A stretch of DNA of 32,000 nt from Ferroglobus placidus DSM 10642 (lineage in GTDB: Archaea > Halobacteriota > Archaeoglobi > Archaeoglobales > Archaeoglobaceae), in the NCBI RefSeq assembly GCF_000025505.1, contig NC_013849.1, positions 1,230,001-1,262,000 on the forward strand. Reading direction: 5' to 3'. A program made the translations under genes and the position numbers. The notes beneath the pieces were generated by a model. The model did no database searches. It was not told where the DNA came from and was given only the letters and a program-made list of their open reading frames with translations. Within the stretch, counting starts at the first letter, position 1, and each line of letters starts with the position of its first letter. Positions 15,566-24,547 of this stretch are shown piece by piece.

Positions 15566-16174
15566 CTATTCACCGTTTTTCGATTCCTTAGTTTCACCTT
15601 GGGAGAAACCTCCAGATATTATAATTTTCATAGCCTCCTCAACGCTGATGTCCAGATAAATCAGCTCCTCTTCGGGGACCAAAACAACGAGTCCGGAAGT
15701 CGGGTTCGGGGAGGTAGGGATAAAAACGTTGACAAGGTTTTTTCCAGTTTTTTCGCACGCCGCTTTTATCGACTTTCCGGAGGTGAAGCCTATCGCGTAT
15801 AGCCCTTTCCTCGGATACTCGACCAAAACAACCCCACGAATTTTTTCAGCCTCGCCCTCTATAAGCACTTTCACAGCCTCTTTTGTTGCGCTGTAGATCG
15901 TTCTGAGGAGGGGAACTTTTAGAAAGCTTCTCTCAAGTCTTTCGATGATTTTTCGCCCCAAGGCGAATCTACTCAGCAAGCCGAGGATTAGAATCGTCAG
16001 AAAGAGTAATAGCAGGCTAAATCCCGGAACGTAAAATCCCGAGATTTTGTGTACCGCCGGAGAAATTAGGTTTTCGATCCACCTAAAGGTGAAGTAGAGA
16101 ACGAAAATCGATGCAGCCAGAGGCAAGAATATCACCAGTCCGGCAAGCAACGTATCTCTCAGAGTCTTGAGCAT
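15566..16174 (-). CDS. DUF502-like membrane protein
   Basis: 202-aa ORF with two N-terminal TM helices (LLAGLVIFLPLAASIFVLYF and GFSLLLLFLTILILGLL) followed by a soluble domain. The pattern is reminiscent of the DUF502 family. Confidence 0.55.
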   Translation of the reverse strand: MLKTLRDTLLAGLVIFLPLAASIFVLYFTFRWIENLISPAVHKISGFYVPGFSLLLLFLTILILGLLSRFALGRKIIERLERSFLKVPLLRTIYSATKEAVKVLIEGEAEKIRGVVLVEYPRKGLYAIGFTSGKSIKAACEKTGKNLVNVFIPTSPNPTSGLVVLVPEEELIYLDISVEEAMKIIISGGFSQGETKESKNGE

Positions 16175-16276
16175 GCTTCAAGTTTCTTCGAATGCAAGAT
16201 AATAGTTTTGTTTAGCTTGCATTTTTGCAAGAGAAATTTTATCAAACATATCACTCAAAAATAATCACGATTGTTT

Positions 16277-16969
16277 ATGGCGAATGACGTAGTGCAGAGT
16301 AACCACGAATTCGACCTTGACGACGTTGTATCAAAATTAGAGGGATTGAGGACGCTGATCGTGTACGATTCGAAGTACGTTGTGAGGTCTCTCATTTTTG
16401 GAAAGATTATTCCCCGCTACGCCGATAAAAAGTTGTTCATTGCCGTCTATTCGGACAGCATGATGAGGAGGCTCGGAAAAACTTACGAATCTATTCCAGA
16501 TGCTAACGTGAAAAGGATCTTGGATAGGGCGGCAATAATTAAAGTTGGGTTGAACGAAAGGATACCTTTCGGGAAGCTACACGCTTACGTGGACATACAC
16601 TCCGAATGGTGGGAGGATTTGATTGACGAGCTTTACGAAGTTGGGGACGCGCTTTTAATTTTCCACGGCTTCTCCTTGCTCCCGCTCGTTTACGGGAAAG
16701 AGGCGTGGAAGTATTTAATGGACATCTTCGACGCTCTGCCGGATGAAGTGACTTTCGTGAACAAAATAGCTTCAAACCTTTACGGCGGGGAGGTTAAGCA
16801 GTTCATGGAGCGCTTTCACGATGTAATTCTAAAGATCAGATGGGAGGAGGAATTCTTTCCCGTAGGCAAAACTTATTGGATCGGAGTAGAGCAGAGCATA
16901 ATCTTCGACGTTAAGCCCGGGTACGCGAGATATAAGCTCGTTGGAGAGGACTTGCAGAAAGTCGATTAG
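16277..16969 (+). CDS. hypothetical protein with KaiC/RecA-like strand-helix pattern but no P-loop
   Basis: 230 aa from ATG 16277. TLIVYDSKYVVRS sits where ArlH/KaiC have GxxGxGKS/T, LLIFHGFS sits at the Walker B position, and the C-terminus ILKIRWEEE...YARYKLVGEDL resembles the KaiC-like terminal hairpin. Confidence 0.4.
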   Translation: MANDVVQSNHEFDLDDVVSKLEGLRTLIVYDSKYVVRSLIFGKIIPRYADKKLFIAVYSDSMMRRLGKTYESIPDANVKRILDRAAIIKVGLNERIPFGKLHAYVDIHSEWWEDLIDELYEVGDALLIFHGFSLLPLVYGKEAWKYLMDIFDALPDEVTFVNKIASNLYGGEVKQFMERFHDVILKIRWEEEFFPVGKTYWIGVEQSIIFDVKPGYARYKLVGEDLQKVD

Positions 16970-17032
16970 TCTTCGCCGTCTTGCTCAGTTTCGAGAAGCT
17001 GAAATTTTGGTTTCGCAAGCTTTCGCAGATGC

Positions 17033-17050
17033 TGCATATGCACCTACATA
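17033..17050. promoter_or_regulatory. 10-bp perfect palindrome TGCATATGCA overlapping/abutting a TACATA hexamer, upstream of the archaellin promoter
   Basis: Read directly: TGCATATGCA at 17033-17042 and TACATA at 17045-17050, about 90 nt upstream of the putative arlB TATA. Confidence 0.3.
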
Positions 17051-17130
17051 GACAAAAGCAAATTTTGAAGTAGTCACATTTAAGTGTGTATATAACCTGT
17101 TATTCGAAGAACTATATGCTAAAAATCGTT

Positions 17131-17145
17131 TTTTATTTTTAAAGT
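17131..17145 (+). promoter_or_regulatory. arlB TATA-like element
   Basis: TTTTATTTTTAAAGT lies about 35-45 nt upstream of GTG 17180, with SD GGAGGTG at 17166-17172. Confidence 0.35.
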
Positions 17146-17179
17146 AACCTAACTTTTGCCGTGAAGGAGGTGTTGTGGA

Positions 17180-17863
17180 GTGGGTAGGAGAGCTTTGAGG
17201 AAGGACGAGAGGGGAGCGATAGGCATTGAGATACTGATAGTGTTCATAGCGATTGTGCTTGTAGCGGCAGTGAGTGCTGCGGTGCTGATTCAGACCGTCG
17301 GTTATCTACAGCAGAAGGCTACTGCTACCGGAAGAGAAACTACACAAGAAGTTGCAAGTGGTATTAAAGTAGTGAGAGTGTTAGGATATGTTCCGGACCC
17401 TAAGCAGAGTTACAGCAACATAACTAAGCTGGCAATAATCGTTGAAGTGAATACTGGTGGACAGGAGATTGATTTAACGACTACGAGAATAATTCTGTCC
17501 AATGAAACGAAAACGTTAACACTCTACTACGATGATGCAGCGACGAATAAATCATTTACCGATGCATCTACCGGTGTAAGCGATCTATTCGACGATACGC
17601 TGGATGCTTGGGCTTTCTTGGGAAGTACGGAGTTTGGTATAATCGTTCTCCAAGACGAGGACGACTCTCTCTCTGACTCGTATCCTGTATTGAATAAAGG
17701 AGACAAGGTTGCGCTAACGATAAATGTACAATCAGCGTTTGGAACAGGATTCTATCCGAGAGAAGACGTTAGCGGTGAGGTTAGACCTGAACTTGGAGCA
17801 CCAGGAATAATAGAGTTCGTAACTCCACCGGCATACACAACTAAAGTAATAGAACTGCAGTAA
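17180..17863 (+). CDS. arlB: archaellin (FlaB/ArlB)
   Basis: Class III signal peptide plus hydrophobic core: [53 protein letters not shown]. Three N-x-S/T sequons (NIT, NET, NKS). The GTG start has an SD. Confidence 0.9.
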   Translation: MGRRALRKDERGAIGIEILIVFIAIVLVAAVSAAVLIQTVGYLQQKATATGRETTQEVASGIKVVRVLGYVPDPKQSYSNITKLAIIVEVNTGGQEIDLTTTRIILSNETKTLTLYYDDAATNKSFTDASTGVSDLFDDTLDAWAFLGSTEFGIIVLQDEDDSLSDSYPVLNKGDKVALTINVQSAFGTGFYPREDVSGEVRPELGAPGIIEFVTPPAYTTKVIELQ

Positions 17864-17870
17864 ACCTAAA

Positions 17871-17893
17871 TTTTTTCAAAATTTTTTATTTTT
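17871..17893 (+). terminator. oligo-T tracts after arlB (archaeal intrinsic termination/attenuation signal)
   Basis: T6 at 17871-17876, T6 at 17882-17887 and T5 at 17889-17893, with a further T5 at 17907-17911 before the arlC SD GAGGTGG. Confidence 0.45.
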
Positions 17894-17922
17894 ATCATCT
17901 TCAAAATTTTTGAGGTGGTATC

Positions 17923-18408
17923 ATGCTCAAACTCTTTAGAAGAAAGAAGAAGGAAGAAGAGGAGGTGGTGGAGGAAGAAACGGAGGAGGAAGTTGGAGAG
18001 GTTGAGTCGGTTGAAGAGAAAAAGGAGGAGGAAGAAGACCTGATAATGAAGATTAACGAGAGACTCAACGAAATCGAAAACAGGTTGCCGAGGATCGATG
18101 TGTCGATCTCCAACTTGAAGAGGGAGATAGACGGGTTGAAGGAGAACATTCAGAAGCTTGAAGACTCGATAAAGGACATGATGGCTCTTTACGAAGTAGT
18201 CTCGGCTCAGATAAACCCCTTCGTCGGACAGTCGAAGGTCACTGCAATAAGCGTTGAAAGGCTGAACGAGATGGAGAGGAAAATAAACTCGATCGAGGAC
18301 GTCATAAGAGACTTGCGCCTCGATCTGAGGTATTTGTTTAGGAGTTTTGTAAACGTGAGGGAGATCGTTAACGAGGTAATTTACGAAGAGGTGATAAGTC
18401 TTGAATGA
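17923..18408 (+). CDS. arlC: archaellum accessory protein, FlaC-type coiled-coil domain (ArlC-like)
   Basis: 161-aa ORF with an acidic N-terminus. The coiled coil ends in DMMALYEVVSAQINPFV, typical of the FlaC/D/E N-domain. Confidence 0.75.
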   Translation: MLKLFRRKKKEEEEVVEEETEEEVGEVESVEEKKEEEEDLIMKINERLNEIENRLPRIDVSISNLKREIDGLKENIQKLEDSIKDMMALYEVVSAQINPFVGQSKVTAISVERLNEMERKINSIEDVIRDLRLDLRYLFRSFVNVREIVNEVIYEEVISLE

Positions 18409-19234
18409 AGATAATCGAAACATAATAAGGCTTGAAGAGCTCGAAGAGGGGCATAAAAAGTATTTAAGCAATAGCGAGCTTAAAAGCAAGCTTGAAAGTT
18501 ACAAAGGCAGAGTTCCTGCCGTTATTCTCAACGACATATACGAGTTGCTCAAGGGGAAAAAAGTTACTGAGGAGCAGTTGGAGAAAATCGTTTCGAGGAT
18601 AGAGAACAAGTTAAAGCAAACGGGCGGAGAAAACGTTGGAGAGCTCGTAGAAAAAATAGACAGATTGGAAAAGACCCTCTCGACGTTTTTAAAGAAATTC
18701 GAAGAGGAAATTGGGGAAAGAGCGAGAAAAAGGCTTGAAGAGGCTTACGAAGAGTTTTACGAATCTCCTGAGGTGACGGAAGAGAAGAAGGAGGAAGTAG
18801 AAAAAAAGGTGGAAGAAAGCAAAGAGCAGCCGAAGGTCGTGGAAGTGGACGAAGTGATTCCCAAGAGGGCTGTGAAGCTGGCTTCTATTCCGAACACAAC
18901 TAAAGCTATGATGTTCCTTCTCAAGTGGATAGAGTTCATGATAGAGAGGGTTGGCTACGATGGGTTAAACGATCTCCTTGATTACTACGTGGACATCGGC
19001 TGGATTTCGGAGGACGTCATGTTTGACGTGATGAGGTACGCTAAGGGAATAAAGCTCTACCACGAAAAGGCAGACTGGAGACCCATTGGCTATATGAACG
19101 TTCAGGATCACCTTATGTCTTTGCTTTTCATCGAAGCTTTGAGGACGGGAAGGATGAACAGAGACCTTTTGCTCGAAGTGGAGAGGCAGATATACAGGAT
19201 AAAGAAGGAGGTCAGCGAGATCAATGGGATTTAG
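18401..19234 (+). CDS. arlD: archaellum accessory protein FlaD/E (ArlD/E)
   Basis: 277-aa ORF with TTG start 18401 after GAGGTGA. The C-terminal domain is AMMFLLKWIEFMIERVGYDGLNDLLDYYVDIGWISEDVMFDVMRYAKGI, the FlaD/E signature. Confidence 0.8.
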   Translation: MNEDNRNIIRLEELEEGHKKYLSNSELKSKLESYKGRVPAVILNDIYELLKGKKVTEEQLEKIVSRIENKLKQTGGENVGELVEKIDRLEKTLSTFLKKFEEEIGERARKRLEEAYEEFYESPEVTEEKKEEVEKKVEESKEQPKVVEVDEVIPKRAVKLASIPNTTKAMMFLLKWIEFMIERVGYDGLNDLLDYYVDIGWISEDVMFDVMRYAKGIKLYHEKADWRPIGYMNVQDHLMSLLFIEALRTGRMNRDLLLEVERQIYRIKKEVSEINGI

Positions 19235-19658
19235 CACCACTGCAGCTTTCGTCATACTGTTCATTCTCTCTTTAGCGATAGTGGGAGTTGCTTACTCAAC
19301 TTTTTACTCTCAAATCAAGGATTACGTTTACCAACTGAAGGAGGAGAGGGAAAAAGCCGTAGAAAAAGCCAACACTAAGCTGAGCATAGTGTCCATCTCT
19401 GCGGTAGGGTCAGCAACGACCCACAACTTGACGATGGTCGTCGAAAACACCGGCACAACTACGCTTAACGTTAGCAAGTTCGACCTCCTCGTTGACGGTT
19501 CTCTTGTGGACTTCGCTTACAACAGAACGGTACTTTATCCGGAAACCACGGTGGAAATAACGTCTTCAAATCTCGCTGGAGGTACGAACACAACTCATAG
19601 GCTGAAACTCGTAGCAGATAACGGTTATGCGATCTATGCAACATACACGGTGAGCTGA
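19224..19658 (+). CDS. arlF: archaellum protein FlaF (ArlF); the F/G assignment could be swapped
   Basis: 144-aa ORF with an MGFSTTAAFVILFILSLAIVGVAY N-terminal anchor followed by a beta-rich domain, at the expected operon position. Confidence 0.65.
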   Translation: MGFSTTAAFVILFILSLAIVGVAYSTFYSQIKDYVYQLKEEREKAVEKANTKLSIVSISAVGSATTHNLTMVVENTGTTTLNVSKFDLLVDGSLVDFAYNRTVLYPETTVEITSSNLAGGTNTTHRLKLVADNGYAIYATYTVS

Positions 19659-19659
19659 A

Positions 19660-20097
19660 ATGGGATTCGGGGAGGTAGCGTCGCATTTAATTCTGTTCAT
19701 TGCGGCGGTAATAATAGCCTCCTCAGCTTCAGCGATAATGTTCGTTACCGTGCAAAAAATAAGTATAGAAGCTGGTGAGCAGGGGGAAATTTTGAAAAAG
19801 GTAATAGGTACCGATTTTTCCATAATAAACGATCCAGCAAATGTAATTTACAATTCGACCCTCGGTGCTTACGTCATCTACATCAAGAACACGGGGACTG
19901 AGGAAATTCTTCTGACGAATAACACTTTGACCGTTATTCTCAACGGTCAGGTCGTTAATTTTCAATCTGACAGAGTTTTAATAAAGCCCGGGGAAACTGC
20001 TACGATTTACGTTTACTCTCCGCAAATAAACGGTGATGCTAAGCTGATAGTCGTCACGGATGTTGGCGTAAAGAAAACTTTCGAGTTCTCGGGGTGA
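19660..20097 (+). CDS. arlG: archaellum protein FlaG (ArlG); the F/G assignment could be swapped
   Basis: 145-aa ORF with an archaellin-like N-terminal helix ASHLILFIAAVIIASSASAIMF followed by a beta-rich domain. Confidence 0.65.
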   Translation: MGFGEVASHLILFIAAVIIASSASAIMFVTVQKISIEAGEQGEILKKVIGTDFSIINDPANVIYNSTLGAYVIYIKNTGTEEILLTNNTLTVILNGQVVNFQSDRVLIKPGETATIYVYSPQINGDAKLIVVTDVGVKKTFEFSG

Positions 20098-20101
20098 GAG
20101 C

Positions 20102-20797
20102 ATGGTAAATCTTTTCTCGGTTCAAATAGAAAACGACGAGTTCCACAAAAAAATTGGTGGCGGTTTGCCCAAGGGTACTTTCGGCTTAATCATCGGGGAG
20201 AGCGGCAGTGGAAAGAGCGTGGTCTGTCAGAGAATGACGTACGGGTTGCTGAAAAATGACGTCTCCGTTAGCTACGTGTCTTCTCAGCTTACAACTGTAG
20301 ATTTCATAAAGCAAATGGCGAGTTTGGGTTATGGCGTTGAAAAATTCATAATTTCCGGAAAGTTGAAGTTTTTTCCCGTTTACCCCCTCATAAGCGAGGT
20401 AAAGAAGAGGGAGAGGTATATAGAGAAACTAATTTCCGGCAGACACATTTTTGAAAGCAACGTGATAGTTATCGACTCTCTCTCAGCCCTCGTAAAATTC
20501 GATATAAACCCCGATTCAGCCATAGACCTCGTAAGCTTCATCAAGAGAGTCGTTGCGACGGGAAAAGCGGTTGTAGCAACACTCGTTCCCGGGGAGATAG
20601 ACGAATCATCTTTCCTCGAATTAGAGAGTGCAGCCACTTTTGTGGCTGAATGCAGCTTGAGGAAGTTTGGAGCTGATATAAAGAACACCATGACGATCAA
20701 GAAATACAACTTGGCTCAAATGCAGTACCAGAAGCAGATCGCATTCAGAGTCGAGCCGAAGATCGGCTTGGTCGTTGAAATAGCGGCGGTGGCGTAA
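20102..20797 (+). CDS. arlH: archaellum KaiC-like ATPase FlaH (ArlH)
   Basis: 231-aa ORF with Walker A GESGSGKS and Walker B VIVIDSLS, immediately upstream of arlI. Confidence 0.85.
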   Translation: MVNLFSVQIENDEFHKKIGGGLPKGTFGLIIGESGSGKSVVCQRMTYGLLKNDVSVSYVSSQLTTVDFIKQMASLGYGVEKFIISGKLKFFPVYPLISEVKKRERYIEKLISGRHIFESNVIVIDSLSALVKFDINPDSAIDLVSFIKRVVATGKAVVATLVPGEIDESSFLELESAATFVAECSLRKFGADIKNTMTIKKYNLAQMQYQKQIAFRVEPKIGLVVEIAAVA

Positions 20798-22444
20798 ATG
20801 AAGGCGGTAAAATCCGACAGACTCGACGTCGCTTTGAAGAGGAACCCTCACCTAAAAAGATACCTCGACAACTTCAGAAAGAGGGAGGGGACGATTCCGA
20901 ACTTCGTCGTTCAGCTTTCGAGAGATATGAAAGCTTTGCCGAGACCGAACTTGATTTATCCAGTTGGAGATCCCATTTTCATACACATTTGGACGGACAG
21001 GGAGGGAAAGAAGCACTACATCGCCATAGAACCGAGGTTGAAATCCGAGGAGGACGAAGAGAAGTTTAGGGCTGTTATGGACATGATGCTGGAGCTTGCT
21101 CCCTACGAGAAGGAGCCTCAGAGTGAGGAGGAAATGGAGAAGCTGATAGATACTCTCTTCGACAGGGTTACTGAAGTTACTGAAAGTAAGAGACCCTACA
21201 AGAAGAGGAGTCGATTCTCTCTCGGGATAGAAAAGATTCCGTTGACTTACGAGGAAGCGTACACATTTCGTTACTTAATAAAGAGGGAGGTTCTTGGAGT
21301 TGGTCCGTTGGAGCCGCTCGTTAGAGATCCGTACATCGAAGACATCCATGTTATAGGACCGAAGAACACTCACATAGTCCACAAGATCTTCGACATGATG
21401 CCGACGAACATAGAATTCGGCGATGAGCTGAAGATGGCTGAATTCTTGAAGGGACTCGGAGAGAGAATGGGTCGTCCGGTGAGTGAAAAGGAACCGATCG
21501 TCGACGGATCTTTACCGGATGGAAGCAGAATTAATATAATCTATTCTACGGACGTTAGCTTAAAGGGACCCTCCTTCACGATAAGAAAGTTTACGGCAGT
21601 GCCGATCAGCATAACTCAGCTCATAGCTTGGGGGACACTTTCGGCTGAGATAGCCGCTTATCTCTGGCTCTGCTTGGAATACGGGATGAGCATATGGGTG
21701 AGCGGTGAAACGGCAAGTGGAAAAACCACGACGCTTAACGCAATGATTCCGTTTATTAAGCCCGACTCGAAGATCTACACTGCTGAAGACACTCCGGAAG
21801 TCCAAGTCCCTCATCCGGTCTGGCAGCAGCTTAACACGAGAGAAAGGGGCGAAGTGGGTAGAGTTGATCTGTTCGATTTGCTCAGAGCAGCTTTGAGGAG
21901 CAGACCCAACTACATCATAGTCGGAGAGATTAGAGGAAAGGAGGGAGCGATCGCTTTTCAGGCTATGCAGACTGGTCACCCGGTTTTAGCTACCTTTCAC
22001 GCTGGTAGCGTTAAGAAGTTAATTCAACGTTTAACGGGAGATCCGATCAACGTCCCCATAACTTTCATAGACAACCTGAACGTCGTTTTGATTCAGCAGG
22101 CGGTCTACAGAAAGGGACAGTTCCTCAGACGATGTTTGGTCGTTGAGGAGATAGAGGGATATTACGAAGAGATAGGTGGTGTGGTAACGAGATCCGTTTT
22201 CGAGTGGGACAGCGTTACGGACACTCACGTCTTCAGAGGACTTTACAACAGCTACGTTCTGGAAAACAAAATCGCTCAAACGGCTGGATTCGACGATCCG
22301 AGAAAAATCTACGAGGAGATGGAGCTGAGAGCGAGAATTCTCAGGAGGATGGTCGAGGAGAAGATATTCGACTACTACGAGGTTGTGAAGATCATTTGGA
22401 ACTTTTACAAAAAAGGAATGGAAGGTTTGCCCTTCAGGTTGTGA
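20798..22444 (+). CDS. arlI: archaellum motor ATPase FlaI (ArlI), type II/IV secretion ATPase family
   Basis: 548-aa ORF with Walker A SGETASGKTT, Walker B YIIVGEIRG and the His-box region TGHPVLATFHA. Confidence 0.95.
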   Translation: MKAVKSDRLDVALKRNPHLKRYLDNFRKREGTIPNFVVQLSRDMKALPRPNLIYPVGDPIFIHIWTDREGKKHYIAIEPRLKSEEDEEKFRAVMDMMLELAPYEKEPQSEEEMEKLIDTLFDRVTEVTESKRPYKKRSRFSLGIEKIPLTYEEAYTFRYLIKREVLGVGPLEPLVRDPYIEDIHVIGPKNTHIVHKIFDMMPTNIEFGDELKMAEFLKGLGERMGRPVSEKEPIVDGSLPDGSRINIIYSTDVSLKGPSFTIRKFTAVPISITQLIAWGTLSAEIAAYLWLCLEYGMSIWVSGETASGKTTTLNAMIPFIKPDSKIYTAEDTPEVQVPHPVWQQLNTRERGEVGRVDLFDLLRAALRSRPNYIIVGEIRGKEGAIAFQAMQTGHPVLATFHAGSVKKLIQRLTGDPINVPITFIDNLNVVLIQQAVYRKGQFLRRCLVVEEIEGYYEEIGGVVTRSVFEWDSVTDTHVFRGLYNSYVLENKIAQTAGFDDPRKIYEEMELRARILRRMVEEKIFDYYEVVKIIWNFYKKGMEGLPFRL

Positions 22445-22448
22445 GAGC

Positions 22449-24116
22449 ATGAATCTCAGACATCTCGGAATCGATTCGAAGAAGTACGTGAGGTTCATTC
22501 TACTGCCGAGTGTAGTAGCCGCTCTGGTAACGTATTTGTTCGTTCTCGTATACGTTCCGAAGCTCAACCTCGGTTTATTTAGCATTCTCTTTTACACGAT
22601 TCCGATATTCATACTTCTCCCCGGAGTGCTTTATCCGAAAATAATTGAGGTTCGCTTCAAAAACGACATAGAGAACAACATCCACTTTTACATAACCCAT
22701 CTCGGAGTCCTCTCCATCTCCGAAATTGATAGGAAAGAAATGATGAAGATTCTTTCGGAGAGGAAGGAGTACAAATCCTTAGCTGAGGAGACGAGGAAAA
22801 TTTACCTTCTCATGGCTAAGTGGAAGACAAGCTTAGCTCAAGCCTGCAGGTTTATAGCGAAAAGAACTCCAAGTAAGATTTTTGCAGACTTCCTCGACAG
22901 AATGGCTCACGAGATAGATAGCGGAGAGGACTTCAAAGTGTTTATAAAAAGGGAGCAGAAAGTCGTGATGGACGACTTCGCAACGCTTTACACGGGAAAA
23001 CTCTACAGCGTGGACATGTTCAAGGAAATTTACGTCTCCATAATCCTATCCCTAAGTTTCTTCGCGGCTTTCGGAATAATAATGCCCTTCCTGACCGGTT
23101 TGAACGTTATGCTCATAATGTATTTGATCATAATCTTTTTCTTCATAACGGAGATCGGTGTGATAACGTACTTGAAAGCTGTAGCACCTCAGGATCCTCT
23201 CTGGCAGACCTCTGGGGAATACACCGACGTTGACAGAAAGCTGTATAGACTTTTCGCGCTGTCGATGGTAATCTTTCTTGCAGTTTTCACGGCTTTACTC
23301 TTTGCGAACTACGTTTACCACTTGATTGATTTGCCCTTCTCGTTCTTAATGGCTATCTCGCTAACGCCCCTCCTAATTCCCGGGTTTGTTGCTAAGAAGG
23401 AGGAGGGGATGATCAAGGACAAGGACAAGAATGCACCCTCCTTTATAATGAGTCTCGGAGCTTCTGCTTCGGCGAGGGGTGGAAACATCCTTGAGAGTTT
23501 GAAATACCTGACTGCCCATGATTTTGGGGCTTTGACTGAAGACATAAGGGCGCTGTACAAGAGGTTGAAAACGAGGATAAACAAAAGGAGGGCTTGGGAG
23601 AAATTCGCCATCTCAACCAACAGCAACCTGATTTACCGATTTACAGACATGTTCGTCGAAGCGTTAAATCTCGGAACAGATCCGATAGATGCGGCGGAAA
23701 TAATTTCGGAGAACTTTATAGCGATAAACAACCTGAGGGCGAGGAGAGCTCAGTCGGCGAGCTCCTTTGTGGGGATAGCTTATGGAGTGATAATTGGAAT
23801 CGCTTTTGCTCTCTACATATCTTTCGGCGTCGTCGAAGCTATGAACAACCTCTATTCCTCCCTTCAAATAGCGGGAGAAGTTGTGGGAAGTATACTTCAC
23901 ACGGTCCCGGCGGAAGACCTATCCGTACTTTCGAACCTGATAACCCTCCTGCTTATCGCGCATGCGGTAATGGCTACCTTTGCCATAAAAATAATGGACG
24001 GCGGTAGGTTTATGGCTGGATTAATTCATACGGTCGGAATGAGCTGGGTGGCAGCTTTGAGCGGTTACGTAAGTCAAATGGCGATAAAATCTCTGCTCGG
24101 AATGGGCGGAATTTAG
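22449..24116 (+). CDS. arlJ: archaellum platform membrane protein FlaJ (ArlJ)
   Basis: 555-aa polytopic membrane ORF directly after arlI, with two TadC/PilC-like cytoplasmic repeats separated by TM clusters. Confidence 0.9.
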   Translation: MNLRHLGIDSKKYVRFILLPSVVAALVTYLFVLVYVPKLNLGLFSILFYTIPIFILLPGVLYPKIIEVRFKNDIENNIHFYITHLGVLSISEIDRKEMMKILSERKEYKSLAEETRKIYLLMAKWKTSLAQACRFIAKRTPSKIFADFLDRMAHEIDSGEDFKVFIKREQKVVMDDFATLYTGKLYSVDMFKEIYVSIILSLSFFAAFGIIMPFLTGLNVMLIMYLIIIFFFITEIGVITYLKAVAPQDPLWQTSGEYTDVDRKLYRLFALSMVIFLAVFTALLFANYVYHLIDLPFSFLMAISLTPLLIPGFVAKKEEGMIKDKDKNAPSFIMSLGASASARGGNILESLKYLTAHDFGALTEDIRALYKRLKTRINKRRAWEKFAISTNSNLIYRFTDMFVEALNLGTDPIDAAEIISENFIAINNLRARRAQSASSFVGIAYGVIIGIAFALYISFGVVEAMNNLYSSLQIAGEVVGSILHTVPAEDLSVLSNLITLLLIAHAVMATFAIKIMDGGRFMAGLIHTVGMSWVAALSGYVSQMAIKSLLGMGGI

Positions 24117-24214
24117 CGGTAGATAAATTTAATAATATATTCTAAATGATCTTCATCAATTTGTCGAAAATGCTTATATATCATTGTCATGATAATAGTT
24201 ATAGGTGTTCTTCC

Positions 24215-24547
24215 ATGTTCGAGACGCCCCACTTCATCACTATCGACCCCCACATCCTCAGGAGTATAAATAAAAGTGTTTTGAGAAAAAAAGTGCTTTT
24301 TTACCTTTACAGCATTTACCCCAACTATGACTACCTCGCCAACATCTCGAGAAGGGTGAGGAGCGATCCCACAAACGTTCTTGGCTGTTTGAAGGGAATG
24401 GGTAACAGGTACAACGGTTCGAGTTCTTTAATAGAGCTCGGACTCGTTGAAGTTGTAGAGAAGGACGGCTACAAGTACTATCGTATAACGGATCTTGGAA
24501 GGAAAGTAGTGGAATACGTCAGGGAAGTTTATGGTGATTACATATGA
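24215..24547 (+). CDS. small winged-helix DNA-binding protein
   Basis: 110 aa from ATG 24215 (the track ORF starts at 24146). TATA-like CTTATATAT lies about 35 nt upstream. wHTH pattern: YLANISRRVRSDPTNVLGCLKG...LVEVVEKDGYKYYRITDLGRKV. Confidence 0.6.
   Translation: MFETPHFITIDPHILRSINKSVLRKKVLFYLYSIYPNYDYLANISRRVRSDPTNVLGCLKGMGNRYNGSSSLIELGLVEVVEKDGYKYYRITDLGRKVVEYVREVYGDYI

Noticed and set aside
17923-18050. Low-complexity GAA/GAG repeat at the 5' end of arlC as a tandem DNA repeat
   Set aside because: There is no exact repeating unit. It is simply coding sequence for an acidic K/E tract.
17866-18489. 207-aa and 82-aa ORFs antisense to arlC/arlD
   Set aside because: They mirror the purine-rich (GAA/GAG/AAG) coding strand of the archaellum accessory genes. 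The translation is L/F/S-rich low complexity. The sense-strand products carry clear FlaC/FlaD-E signatures.
22031-22585. 184-aa ORF antisense across the arlI/arlJ junction
   Set aside because: It overlaps two confident genes and shows no recognisable motif or start-site signal.
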